From an uncultured archaeon (lineage in GTDB: Archaea > Asgardarchaeota > Lokiarchaeia > Sigyniarchaeales > SOKP01), in the NCBI GenBank assembly GCA_964632315.1, contig CAZWEM010000007.1:59971-123970 (forward strand): a stretch of 64,000 nt of DNA, in the 5' to 3' direction. Below are positions 17,885 to 27,765 of the stretch, piece after piece (the stretch's first letter is position 1; each line of letters starts with the position of its first letter). The position numbers were made by a program, and so were the translations under genes. Under the pieces are notes generated by a model. That model was given only the letters and a program-made list of their open reading frames with translations, made no database searches and had not been told where the DNA came from.

Positions 17885-20023
17885 TTAATCCTTTAAAATT
17901 TGGTAAGCTACTATTGAGAATATGCCAGGAATGCTAAAACCAAGGATTAGAGTCAACCAATCAGGGAATTTGAATGACATCGCTCCCAAAAAATCAAGAA
18001 CTAGGCTCCCTAATGTAAAAACGCCAAGCATTGTGAGAAATAATTCAACTCTCCTACTCCTCCTAGCAGATTCAATCTCATCTAATTGACTTATTAAATC
18101 TCGTAAATTTTCCATTTTTGAGGTTGCTGCTTCAAGGATTTCATCAGTTCTCCATGATTTTCTTATCCTTTCAATAAATGTCATGCTATAATAAGTAGAG
18201 GTCACATTCCTAGACTTATGAGTGTCTAATACTAAAATTATGTGATTCAACAAAGCATTTACAGCATAAACATCTCTATATCCTTCAGTTCTTTTATGTT
18301 TCAAGTGAGAAGTCACTACATTTAACAAGAGATAAAATCCTCTATCTAATTCCCAAACTATTTTCCAAGTATAATGTTGAATCGCGATCCATTGAACCCA
18401 ATCTTCATTAGCAATAAGCTTTGGTGATCTATTCTGTATATCTGGAACATTTGGCAAACAGATCAATGAATCTCCTGATTCAACATACGCAAACACTTTA
18501 GGAAATATCGAATAATTGTAAATTCCATCTTGGTTGAGGTTCAAGAGGGTTTCCTGAAAATGATTAGATTCAAGATCAAAATCATTTGGCATAATTGCAA
18601 CTAACGTACTGTGAGTCCAAAATAATTGTGTAGTGATTTCTTCAGATAATTGAGTAAAATCTAAAATTGGGGTCTTAAGAATTGGTGGCTTTATATCTTT
18701 TACAACTTTTGTCAAGATAGAGTTTATTTCAATGATTATCGGTGCGAAAATTGATTCCATATCTATCCCAAACTCTGTTAAAAGATGCGAATGCCGCTGT
18801 ATAAAAAACCTTACTCTTTTTATTACTGCACTATCTTGCCAAGATTCGGGAGGAATATAAACTATAAAGTGAAGAATTGCACAATTAAAGTGATATATAT
18901 TAATATAAATCTCATCTAATCTAACATCAATATATTTGTTATCATTAATCCTTATATTAAATTCCCTTATTGGTAATGCATTTGTCACGTCAACACTGAG
19001 AAATGTCCCAACTTTAGGTGGAGAATAATTATCTACCGCTCCAGAAGCTAGAACTCCAGCACCCTCATCAGACCAATCAAATTTATCATGATTTTTTGTT
19101 AAATATTCGAGAATTATTTTACGATATTTTTTTTCATCAGCGATTGTATCAAAATCGAATATATAATCTGGACTAAATACGCCCGTTCCATAAAAGTAAA
19201 GTTCTTCAGCTTTAGGTAAATCCTGTGAATAATTGGTTGGTTCTTGTTCTTTATTGACACTAGCTATAATTCTAACTCCAAATTTAAATCCCTCGTCAAT
19301 CATTTTCAAAAGCATATTATGCCATTTATCTGGAACTTTTAGCTTTTGATGATAAATTTTTTCCATTCCACGCATATGTTTAAAATAGATTTCACTAAGA
19401 TCTTCAAAAATGATATTAGAAAAACCAGCATCTTTTAGATCTTGAATAAAGTCATACACCGAGATCCTAATCATCTCTGGAGATCCAACTTCACGGTTGA
19501 CCTTTTCAAATTGCTTGATCTTCTCTTTAGGTACATTAGAGAATGGAATCCATAATTGAAATCCTAACCTTCCATGATTTTTCAGGACTCGTCTAATTTC
19601 CTTAAAAATTGTCTTTCTATTTTTATGTGCTAATCCATCAGGATCTTGCCCATAAACTACGTCAAAGGAAGAATCGTGGTAAGGTAAATCAAATACATCA
19701 CCAACTTTAAAATCTACCAAATCGGAGACTTCTTGAGATTTTGCTTTTTCCTTCGCGGCTGAAATAGCCTTGTCTAGTATATCTATTCCACTGACCTTAA
19801 GACTATACTCTTTTGCTAGCCAACACGCAGTGCTACCTTCACCACAGCATACATCAAGTACTTTTTGAGAATTCGATAATTCTAATCTTTTAACAAGATC
19901 AAAAGTAGCCTTCCAACCACCGAAATGCAACTGTTCACGTGGCTCAGGCCAAAATTCAGCAAGTCGTTCGATAATGGTCTTATCAACAGTTCCGCTTGGT
20001 AATTCTTTTTTAGGTTTTTTCAA
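17885..20023 (-). CDS. Class I SAM methyltransferase fused to a helical domain with two C-terminal TM helices (CorA-like topology)
   Basis: VLDVCCGEG; GDVFDLPYHDSSFDVVY; RVLK; long helix then two hydrophobic segments at the C-terminus. Confidence 0.75.
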   Translation of the reverse strand: MKKPKKELPSGTVDKTIIERLAEFWPEPREQLHFGGWKATFDLVKRLELSNSQKVLDVCCGEGSTACWLAKEYSLKVSGIDILDKAISAAKEKAKSQEVSDLVDFKVGDVFDLPYHDSSFDVVYGQDPDGLAHKNRKTIFKEIRRVLKNHGRLGFQLWIPFSNVPKEKIKQFEKVNREVGSPEMIRISVYDFIQDLKDAGFSNIIFEDLSEIYFKHMRGMEKIYHQKLKVPDKWHNMLLKMIDEGFKFGVRIIASVNKEQEPTNYSQDLPKAEELYFYGTGVFSPDYIFDFDTIADEKKYRKIILEYLTKNHDKFDWSDEGAGVLASGAVDNYSPPKVGTFLSVDVTNALPIREFNIRINDNKYIDVRLDEIYINIYHFNCAILHFIVYIPPESWQDSAVIKRVRFFIQRHSHLLTEFGIDMESIFAPIIIEINSILTKVVKDIKPPILKTPILDFTQLSEEITTQLFWTHSTLVAIMPNDFDLESNHFQETLLNLNQDGIYNYSIFPKVFAYVESGDSLICLPNVPDIQNRSPKLIANEDWVQWIAIQHYTWKIVWELDRGFYLLLNVVTSHLKHKRTEGYRDVYAVNALLNHIILVLDTHKSRNVTSTYYSMTFIERIRKSWRTDEILEAATSKMENLRDLISQLDEIESARRSRRVELFLTMLGVFTLGSLVLDFLGAMSFKFPDWLTLILGFSIPGIFSIVAYQILKD

Positions 20024-20230
20024 GAATTATTACCCTTTTAAGTTAAATACTCTTAGATTGCATTTTAAATAAATGCACCTCTTATAATAGGCTCCAGTTA
20101 TACAGAAACGAAACTGAATCGATCTTTTAATGTATTTACTTGTGAAAATGCAAATTTAGAATCTAATAAATTGGACCTTTTTTCCTTCCAGTTTCCTTTA
20201 ATTTTCTGACCCGCTGACTCAACGCGCGTT

Positions 20231-20704
20231 TTAAATTTTTGAATTAAATTGATAATCTTTTATTTTACCATGAATCTCGATTTTATTATATTTAGATCTT
20301 GTAGATTGAAAATGGACAATGACCGGTGTTTCTTTTAGCAATGGAAAGTGATCAAATAATTCAGAATCTCCATAGATAATAGCGTCTAATACCATAGGTA
20401 AGTGATAACGGAAAATTTTGTCTCGCATTGCTGCCCATCCAAATATAAATCCCCCACTTACATGTAAGTATACATGAAGCTCTTTTCTATCACCATTAAG
20501 AATCCATTCCGCTAAAACTTCATCACGCATAAAGCGAGTATAAAAAGAGGAAATTTGCTTAATATCATAATCACAATCAATTTTTAAAAATAATTCGCCT
20601 GTAGAGTCAGAATGTGTAAGTGTATAGCGTCGAGGTATAAAGTCATCACTAATTCTGCATGAGTTTCCATAAGAACAATGCAGTTTATTTGGATTAAAAC
20701 TCAT
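20231..20704 (-). CDS. Staygreen (SGR) family protein
   Basis: PRRYTLTHSDSTGELFL, RDEVLAEW, LHVYLHVSG, IF..HLP.VL.AI.YGD signature. Confidence 0.9.
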   Translation of the reverse strand: MSFNPNKLHCSYGNSCRISDDFIPRRYTLTHSDSTGELFLKIDCDYDIKQISSFYTRFMRDEVLAEWILNGDRKELHVYLHVSGGFIFGWAAMRDKIFRYHLPMVLDAIIYGDSELFDHFPLLKETPVIVHFQSTRSKYNKIEIHGKIKDYQFNSKI

Positions 20705-20843
20705 TAGAACTCCCTCTTGAAGTAATTTGAATTAGATACTTCATTATTAGTAAGAAAAATAATGATATAATCTATAATTGATCATAATCTTATGTGATGT
20801 ATTACTTGAAAAATAATAAAAATAAACCTATTATGATCTAAAT

Positions 20844-21299
20844 GTGAGAATTATGATAGAAGAGAACTTATTAAAATCCATAAAGCAACTATTTAACTCT
20901 CAAATTTTAGCTATTTTAGCAACCAATATGAAAGGAATGCCCTATACTTCATTGGTTGCATTTGTAGCTACAGATGATTTGAAAGAAATAATATTTGCAA
21001 CTTTTAAAGGTACAAAAAAACATGATAATCTCTTAAATGAACCAAGAGTATCGATTCTCATTGATAATAGAAAAAATCAAACTTCTGATTTTCAAGATGC
21101 TATAGCAGTTTCCGCAAGAGGGCTGGGAATGATCATAACCAGTCAGAGAGAAAAATATCAATCTTTATACTTGAAAAAACATCCCTCTCTTTTTGAATTC
21201 ATTACATCTCCTAAATGTGATCTGATTAGAATAAAAGTGAGTGAATATCAATATGTTAGCAAATTTGAAAACATTAAAATATTAATTTTTAAACCTTAA
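20844..21299 (+). CDS. Pyridoxamine 5'-phosphate oxidase-like split-barrel protein
   Basis: LATN..G.PY.SLV, T.K..NL..EPRVSILID. Confidence 0.85.
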   Translation: MRIMIEENLLKSIKQLFNSQILAILATNMKGMPYTSLVAFVATDDLKEIIFATFKGTKKHDNLLNEPRVSILIDNRKNQTSDFQDAIAVSARGLGMIITSQREKYQSLYLKKHPSLFEFITSPKCDLIRIKVSEYQYVSKFENIKILIFKP

Positions 21300-21581
21300 A
21301 ATAAGCACAAAAAAGTTCAAGAAGTAATTTATTTTAATTCAATCTTAGTGCTTTTAATCGAATAGAGTTATATAAAATTATATTAAGTCTTTTAAGATCA
21401 ATCTGAAGCAACTTCTAAGCAAAGATAAAATAATTGCAATGAAAAAAGAAATCGGTGAAGATACTAAATTTATAATTTATATTTTTTTGTGTACGAAACT
21501 TTAGTTCATCTAATTAAGTTTGCTTGAAAAGTTATAATCTAAATAGATTTTTTTTATATTTCCAAGAATATCATAATTCTT

Positions 21582-22418
21582 ATGAATTCTACAACAAAAG
21601 AAGAAGAATGGTTAATTCCAAAATCAGATATTACCTTTGATTATCTTAAAAAATTTAACCGAAACGCCATGATCTTACATTTAGTCCAAGGCTTACTGAT
21701 GGTTTTCTTTGGGTTCTTACCTTTCCTCGATTTTTCTGTGAATATTTATACTTTTTACTTAAAATTTGATATTGGTCCACCTCCAACTTTAGCACCTAAT
21801 CCAGAGGTACTTTTTACATTCACTGCTTTAGGAGCGTTTGTAGGAACATTTCTCTTGTTATCTGCTATAGCGCATTTTCTTATCGCTTATCCATTAAATA
21901 AAAAATACGTTAGAGACTTAAAGAAAGGAATAAATAGAGTAAGATGGTTTGAATATGCTCTCTCAAGTTCTATAATGATCGTGTTAATCGCTTTATTCTT
22001 TGGAGTATTAGATTTCTGGGCTTTATTTATGATTTTTATATCAAATGCTCTCATGAATATGTTCGGTTTAATGATGGAGCTTCAAAACGTGTATACTAGA
22101 AAATTAAAAGAAAAAGTAAGATGGACAGCTTATTACTTAGGAGTGGTGGCTGGTGCAGTACCTTGGATCGTTATTACAGCCTATTTCATCAATACAAGTG
22201 TAGCAGGAGGAGAAATTCCTGATTTTGTATATTGGATATATGCAATTGAATTGTTTTTCTTTAATACCTTTGCAATCAACATGATCCTTCAATATAAGGG
22301 CGTAGGAAAGTGGAAAGACTACTTGTATGGTGAAAGGGTATACATTATACTAAGTTTTGTCTCAAAAACATTTCTGGCATGGTTAGTATTCGGAGGAGTT
22401 TTCTCTCCAACTGGATAA
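21582..22418 (+). CDS. heR: Heliorhodopsin
   Basis: 7 TM helices; LHLVQ, SAIAH, N.VRWFEYALSSSIM, GERVYIILSFVSK (retinal-binding Lys). Confidence 0.93.
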   Translation: MNSTTKEEEWLIPKSDITFDYLKKFNRNAMILHLVQGLLMVFFGFLPFLDFSVNIYTFYLKFDIGPPPTLAPNPEVLFTFTALGAFVGTFLLLSAIAHFLIAYPLNKKYVRDLKKGINRVRWFEYALSSSIMIVLIALFFGVLDFWALFMIFISNALMNMFGLMMELQNVYTRKLKEKVRWTAYYLGVVAGAVPWIVITAYFINTSVAGGEIPDFVYWIYAIELFFFNTFAINMILQYKGVGKWKDYLYGERVYIILSFVSKTFLAWLVFGGVFSPTG

Positions 22419-22460
22419 AAACGATTTTTGATTTTTTTTTTATTTTAATTTTTTAAAGAG

Positions 22461-23486
22461 ATGAAATTTATGAAATTAAATGAAGAAAGAGTAGATTATT
22501 TGGCAGATAATCTAAAAATTCATAAAATTTTGAATGGGATGTGGCAAGTTTCAGGAGGCCATGGGCAAATTGATTTTAAAAATGCCATCGAAAGTATGGA
22601 ATTCCATGTGAAGAAGGGATTTATTTCTTGGGATCTAGCAGATCATTATGGTCCTGCTGAAGATCTGGTCAAAATTTTTCGCGAGAAACTTCAATTTGAT
22701 GGAAATGAAGGATTACTTAAAGATATACAATTTTTTACAAAATGGGTTCCAAGACCTCAAAATATTACTCGAAAGATTGTAAAGAGAGCGATAGATATAT
22801 CACGTAAAAGAATGGGAATGGAATCCTTAGATATGGTACAATTCCATTGGTGGGATTATGATGATAAAAATTATCTTAAAGCAATAGAATATCTGGATGA
22901 TCTTCGTGAAGAAGGAATAATAAAATATCTAGGGTTAACGAATTTTGATACCCGGCATTTAAAAGAATTAGTGGATATGGGTTTTAAGATTATTTCAAAT
23001 CAAGTTCAGTATTCTCTCATTGATCGACGACCAGAGAAAAAGATGTGCCAATTTTGTGAAAAGAACGGTATAAAATTACTTGCTTATGGTACATTAGGAG
23101 GGGGTTTATTAAGTGAACGGTACTTGGATCAGCCAGAACCACATGGAAGTCAGTTATATACAACCTCACTTCAGAAATACAAACGTATGGTTGATCTATG
23201 GGGAAACTGGAGTCTCTTTCAGCAATTATTAAAGGTTTTATATGGTATTAGTAAAAAATATAGCGTAAGTATTGCAAATGTAGCCGTTAGATACATCCTT
23301 GAGAATTTGATTGTTGGTGGAGCAATTATTGGAGTTAGATTAGGGATTTCTGAAAATGTAGAGGACAATTTGAATGTGTTTAAATTTACTTTAGAGAATG
23401 ATGATTTAAACAAGATAAATGAGATTTCAGAAAAATCAAATGATCTTTTTAGCATAATAGGAGATTGCGGAGATGAATACAGATGA
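22461..23486 (+). CDS. Aldo/keto reductase
   Basis: GMWQ, DLADHYG, LDMVQFHWW, GLTNF, NQVQYS, AYGTLGGG. Confidence 0.92.
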   Translation: MKFMKLNEERVDYLADNLKIHKILNGMWQVSGGHGQIDFKNAIESMEFHVKKGFISWDLADHYGPAEDLVKIFREKLQFDGNEGLLKDIQFFTKWVPRPQNITRKIVKRAIDISRKRMGMESLDMVQFHWWDYDDKNYLKAIEYLDDLREEGIIKYLGLTNFDTRHLKELVDMGFKIISNQVQYSLIDRRPEKKMCQFCEKNGIKLLAYGTLGGGLLSERYLDQPEPHGSQLYTTSLQKYKRMVDLWGNWSLFQQLLKVLYGISKKYSVSIANVAVRYILENLIVGGAIIGVRLGISENVEDNLNVFKFTLENDDLNKINEISEKSNDLFSIIGDCGDEYR

Positions 23487-24382
23487 AATTGAAAGTATTC
23501 CCCAAAAATATTCCTGAATTAAAAGAAATGAAAATTGTGTTAGAAAATTATCATGATTTACATTATCATGAGAATATATATAAGAATGCCTTACAAATCA
23601 TTACTTCTATAAGTCAAGTTGAAGCTGTTTTCATTTTGGGTTCTATTGCGAATGGAACAGCAGACTTCTTTTCAGATATCGATTTTTACGTAATGTGTAT
23701 TGAAGAAGAAGATATTAAAACAATCCAAGATCAGATATTATCAAAATTAAATCAAATCGGCCCAATAATTCACATTTACCAATCTAATGCAAAACCTAAT
23801 GACTTAATTATTTATTTCAAACCATTTATTAAGTTTGAGCTCGTAATTGATACAAACAAAAATTTATCTAATAACTGGAAACTTGGAAATAGTTCTAAAA
23901 CCCTATTTGATCGCAATGGTCTTGGAAAAAGAACTTTACAAGATGCTCAAAAGTTAAATTTCAATTTTTTAGACCACATTAATGAGATCACAAATTTAGC
24001 AATTGAACTTCCCAGCTTCTGCTATATTATTTGTGGTTATTTAATGAGAGGGGAATATGTTACGTCTATTGATTTCATATCTTGGATTCGGAGAAAAATG
24101 CTACGAGTGAGTGGGTTTCTTTTAGGGATCAGAGATGAAGGTACAAGAAGAGCAGAAGAACGATTTCGACCAGAATTAATTGATTATTATAGTAATTTAT
24201 TGGTTAGTAATTTCGATGAAATATGGGATAAACTCCATATCATATTAAATTGGTATTCTGATTGGATGGTTCCTTTTTTTAATGAAAATAATATCAAACA
24301 TGCTGAAAAAGAGGTAGTGTTAATCAGAAACATTATTAATATCTTAAAAATAAGACATGAAAGACTTAAGGAGGAGGCATAA
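23483..24382 (+). CDS. Pol-beta-type nucleotidyltransferase (aminoglycoside/lincosamide NTase-like)
   Basis: GSIANG.AD.FSDIDF motif plus a helical C-terminal domain; overlaps the AKR stop (ATGA). Confidence 0.8.
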   Translation: MKLKVFPKNIPELKEMKIVLENYHDLHYHENIYKNALQIITSISQVEAVFILGSIANGTADFFSDIDFYVMCIEEEDIKTIQDQILSKLNQIGPIIHIYQSNAKPNDLIIYFKPFIKFELVIDTNKNLSNNWKLGNSSKTLFDRNGLGKRTLQDAQKLNFNFLDHINEITNLAIELPSFCYIICGYLMRGEYVTSIDFISWIRRKMLRVSGFLLGIRDEGTRRAEERFRPELIDYYSNLLVSNFDEIWDKLHIILNWYSDWMVPFFNENNIKHAEKEVVLIRNIINILKIRHERLKEEA

Positions 24383-24383
24383 T

Positions 24384-24929
24384 ATGGATTGGTTTAGTGC
24401 AGATTATCATTTATCTCATAAAAATATCATTAGGTATGTTGACAGAAAATTTAATAGTGTTGGAGAAATGGATGAACTAATTCTCTCAAATTTAGATTCT
24501 CATCTTGATCCCGGTGATTCATTTTATTTTCTTGGAGATTTAACCTTCAAGGAAGAAGTCGCAAAAAAATTCTTTAAGCAATTCAAACATGTGAACATCC
24601 ATTATATAATTGGGAACCATGATAATAAAAAAGTTTTAAAAGTTGCTGAAAAGTATAGTAGCTCTATAGCATATATTAAAGATATAAAAATAGAGGGGAT
24701 TAATATCACTTTATGCCATTATGCTATGAGAGTTTGGAATTTAAGCCATTTTAACGCATGGCAACTTTTTGGTCACTCACATGGAACTCTTAAACCAATA
24801 GGTAAGCAATATGATGTAGGGGTAGATAGTAATGATTTTAAACCCGTTTCTTTCGAGGATTTAAAAAAAATAATGGAATATGCTGGAAATAATGAAAATT
24901 ACTTGCCCCCTGAAAAAAGAAGATCATAA
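24384..24929 (+). CDS. Calcineurin-like metallophosphoesterase
   Basis: D.H, GD, GNHD, CHY, GHSH motifs; GGAGG SD before ATG 24384. Confidence 0.9.
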   Translation: MDWFSADYHLSHKNIIRYVDRKFNSVGEMDELILSNLDSHLDPGDSFYFLGDLTFKEEVAKKFFKQFKHVNIHYIIGNHDNKKVLKVAEKYSSSIAYIKDIKIEGINITLCHYAMRVWNLSHFNAWQLFGHSHGTLKPIGKQYDVGVDSNDFKPVSFEDLKKIMEYAGNNENYLPPEKRRS

Positions 24930-24942
24930 TAAAGGTTATTAA

Positions 24943-25632
24943 TTAACCTAAAACCTCTAATCCAGCTTTCAAATGAATAGTTAAAGTGTTGAATAACTGA
25001 ATTTTAACATCATTCTCTTTAATTAACAATGGAATTTCTGTACAACCTAAGATGATACCTTGTGCTCCTTGGGAGGAGAGCCTATCAATAATATCAATGA
25101 ATTTCTTTTTGGTTGATTTTCTAAATTCACCTTGAGCAAGTTCGTTATATATTGCATTATGGATGTAATTTCTATCATCTTGAGGAGGCAAAAGTACCCT
25201 TAAATTATGATTCTTGGCTAACCTCTCCACATAGAAACCTTCTTCCATCGTGAATTTAGTCCCTAATAATCCCACTTTTTCAAATCTTTTTTCTTTAATG
25301 ACTTTTGCAGTTTCATCTACCACATGAATCAAAGGTATATGAACTTGCTTTTCTATCTCATCTGCAACTTTGTGCATTGTGTTAGAGCAAATTAATATTG
25401 CCGAACTTCCTGCTAGTTCAAGCTTTTTAGAAATATCAACCATTATAGCAGCAATCTCATCCCATTTGCCTTCATTTTGTAAGGGAAGAATTTCCCCGAA
25501 ATTTACGGAGTACAGTAACAATTTTGCTGAACTCCAACCTCCTAATTTTTCTTTTATCATTTCATTTAGGATTCTATAATATTCAATAGTACTCTCCCAA
25601 CTCATTCCACCTATTAGTCCAAGAGTTTTCAT
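24943..25632 (-). CDS. Aspartate/glutamate racemase family protein
   Basis: GLIGGMSWEST, CSNTMH, LLGTKFTM, GCTE. Confidence 0.93.
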   Translation of the reverse strand: MKTLGLIGGMSWESTIEYYRILNEMIKEKLGGWSSAKLLLYSVNFGEILPLQNEGKWDEIAAIMVDISKKLELAGSSAILICSNTMHKVADEIEKQVHIPLIHVVDETAKVIKEKRFEKVGLLGTKFTMEEGFYVERLAKNHNLRVLLPPQDDRNYIHNAIYNELAQGEFRKSTKKKFIDIIDRLSSQGAQGIILGCTEIPLLIKENDVKIQLFNTLTIHLKAGLEVLG

Positions 25633-25750
25633 TTTTCACACGAATACTTTTGTTTTCAAATAATCAGATTTTATTTTAAATTTTTTTCATAATTTTTAAT
25701 ATTCTTCAAACTTTAGTATGATATTGATTAAATAGGTGAAACAAAAAAGT

Positions 25751-27490
25751 ATGACAATTTTATTAAATCCTAAGAAACATAGTCGATATTATCCCGATGA
25801 GAAATCCAAGGAGATAATGGTAAAAACAATCGAGTTCTTTGAGAATAGAGGTCTGGCCAAGATGAAGGAAGATGATCATAACAGAGTTTGGTATGCTGAC
25901 TTCCTTGAATTCCAGAAAAAGGAAAAATTATTTGCTCAACTTTTAACTCCTGCACAATATGGAAAAGGGGACAGCTATCGTTGGGATACTTGGAGGATAT
26001 GCGAGTTTAATGAGATCCTCGCGTTTTATGGCTTAAGTTATTGGTACACTTGGCAAGTTTCCATTTTAGGTTTAGGACCCATCTGGATGAGTGATAATGA
26101 GTTGGCTAAAAAGAAGGCAGCACAATTACTTGATGAAGGCGCAATTTTTGCTTTTGGGCTTTCTGAAAAGGAACACGGAGCTGACATTTATGGAACTGAG
26201 ATGGCACTCACACCTCAAGGAGACGGGACTTATAAAGCAAATGGAGAAAAGTATTATATCGGAAATGGTAATGAAGCAGAAATGGTTTCAACCTTTGGGA
26301 AATTTGCTGATAAAGATGGAAAAATTCCAGAATATAATATGAAAAATAAAGACCAATATGTCTTTTTTGTTGCAAATTATCGACATAAAAATTATGATTT
26401 AATTAAAAATGTATGTGATAGTCAAAATTACGTTGCAAATTTTGCGCTTAGAGATTATCCGATAACTGAGGATGATATACTTTCTAAGGGGGATGCTGCC
26501 TGGAATGCCTCACTCAATACTGTTAATGTGGGGAAGTATAATTTAGGATGGGCTTCAATAGGGATCTGCACGCACGCTTTTTATGAAGCGATTCATCATG
26601 CTGCTTATCGAAGACTATACAAGATACATGTAACAGACTTTCAACACGTTAAACAAAATTTCGTGGACGCTTATACTCGTTTAGTTGCTATGAAACTCTT
26701 TGGTTTGAGAACAGCTGATTACATGCGAAGTGCTTCAGAAAGGGATAGGAGGTACTTACTATATGCACCAGTCATGAAAATGAAAACTACCACGCAGGGT
26801 GAAGAAGTTATTAATCTATTGTGGGATGTTATTGCTGCTAAAGGTTTCGAAAAAGATGTTTATTTTGAAACTGCAGCAAAAGATATTCGAGCATTACCAA
26901 AACTTGAAGGAACAGTACATGTCAATATTGCGTTAATTTTAAAATTCATGCTCAATTTCTTCATGAATTACAAGAAATACGACCCTATTCCAAAGCAATA
27001 TCAAGCTAAAAATGATGACTTTTTGTTTAAACAAGGAGCTACTAGAGGGTTGGGGCGAATCCGATTACATGACTGGAAACCTGCATTTGAAAAGTTTGAT
27101 CTTCCAAATGTGAAAATATTCTTGGAACAAATTAAATTGTTTAATTTGTTTGGAGTAAAAGCCACTCCAACTGCGGAACAACAAAAAGATATGGATTTTA
27201 TGCTCGCCGGAATCGGTGAGATTTTCTCTCTAATTGTTTATGCACATTTAATTATTGAAAATGCACCGATCTATAATTTGGATGAAGATACGGTAGATCA
27301 AATCTTTGATTTCCTCGTGAGAGATTTCTCTAAGTATGCCCTCAATTTATATCATAAAACTAGCACATCTCCAGAACAGATGGAGTGGTGTTTAAAAATG
27401 ATAAAAAAACCAAATGTCGATCCCGAAAGGTTTTATCGCGTGTGGAATACAGTTTATTCCTTAAAAGATGAATATGAAATGAATAAATAA
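25751..27490 (+). CDS. Acyl-CoA dehydrogenase
   Basis: AFGLSEKEHGAD, GEKYYIGNG, LEGT; start taken at ATG 25751 after GGTGA. Confidence 0.9.
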   Translation: MTILLNPKKHSRYYPDEKSKEIMVKTIEFFENRGLAKMKEDDHNRVWYADFLEFQKKEKLFAQLLTPAQYGKGDSYRWDTWRICEFNEILAFYGLSYWYTWQVSILGLGPIWMSDNELAKKKAAQLLDEGAIFAFGLSEKEHGADIYGTEMALTPQGDGTYKANGEKYYIGNGNEAEMVSTFGKFADKDGKIPEYNMKNKDQYVFFVANYRHKNYDLIKNVCDSQNYVANFALRDYPITEDDILSKGDAAWNASLNTVNVGKYNLGWASIGICTHAFYEAIHHAAYRRLYKIHVTDFQHVKQNFVDAYTRLVAMKLFGLRTADYMRSASERDRRYLLYAPVMKMKTTTQGEEVINLLWDVIAAKGFEKDVYFETAAKDIRALPKLEGTVHVNIALILKFMLNFFMNYKKYDPIPKQYQAKNDDFLFKQGATRGLGRIRLHDWKPAFEKFDLPNVKIFLEQIKLFNLFGVKATPTAEQQKDMDFMLAGIGEIFSLIVYAHLIIENAPIYNLDEDTVDQIFDFLVRDFSKYALNLYHKTSTSPEQMEWCLKMIKKPNVDPERFYRVWNTVYSLKDEYEMNK

Positions 27491-27509
27491 TTGGATGGGA
27501 AGGACCAGG

Positions 27510-27641
27510 ATGGAAGAAGAACTGAAAAAAAAAAAAGAAGGAGAATTAAGGAAAAAAATTATTCTTGGGTTTTTACTTTGCATGTTATTTGTAACCCCAA
27601 TTACTCTAATTTTATTACTTATTTGGTTTTATAACCCGTAG
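27510..27641 (+). CDS. 43-aa single-pass membrane microprotein (not in the ORF track)
   Basis: Own translation MEEELKKKKEGELRKKIILGFLLCMLFVTPITLILLLIWFYNP*. Confidence 0.5.
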   Translation: MEEELKKKKEGELRKKIILGFLLCMLFVTPITLILLLIWFYNP

Positions 27642-27765
27642 ATATTAGGTTTTTTAATGGTTTTATCCTATATGTTTACTTTTAATAAATTAAAAAAAGT
27701 TCTAATCTTTCATTTGAGAAAAAAAGGATATAACATTTAAAAATAAAACGCCTAATAGAAATTGG

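Noticed and set aside
23483-24382. NTase as a CBASS cyclase or MNT antitoxin
   Set aside because: No effector, Cap or HEPN partner is adjacent; the architecture fits a small-molecule NTase better
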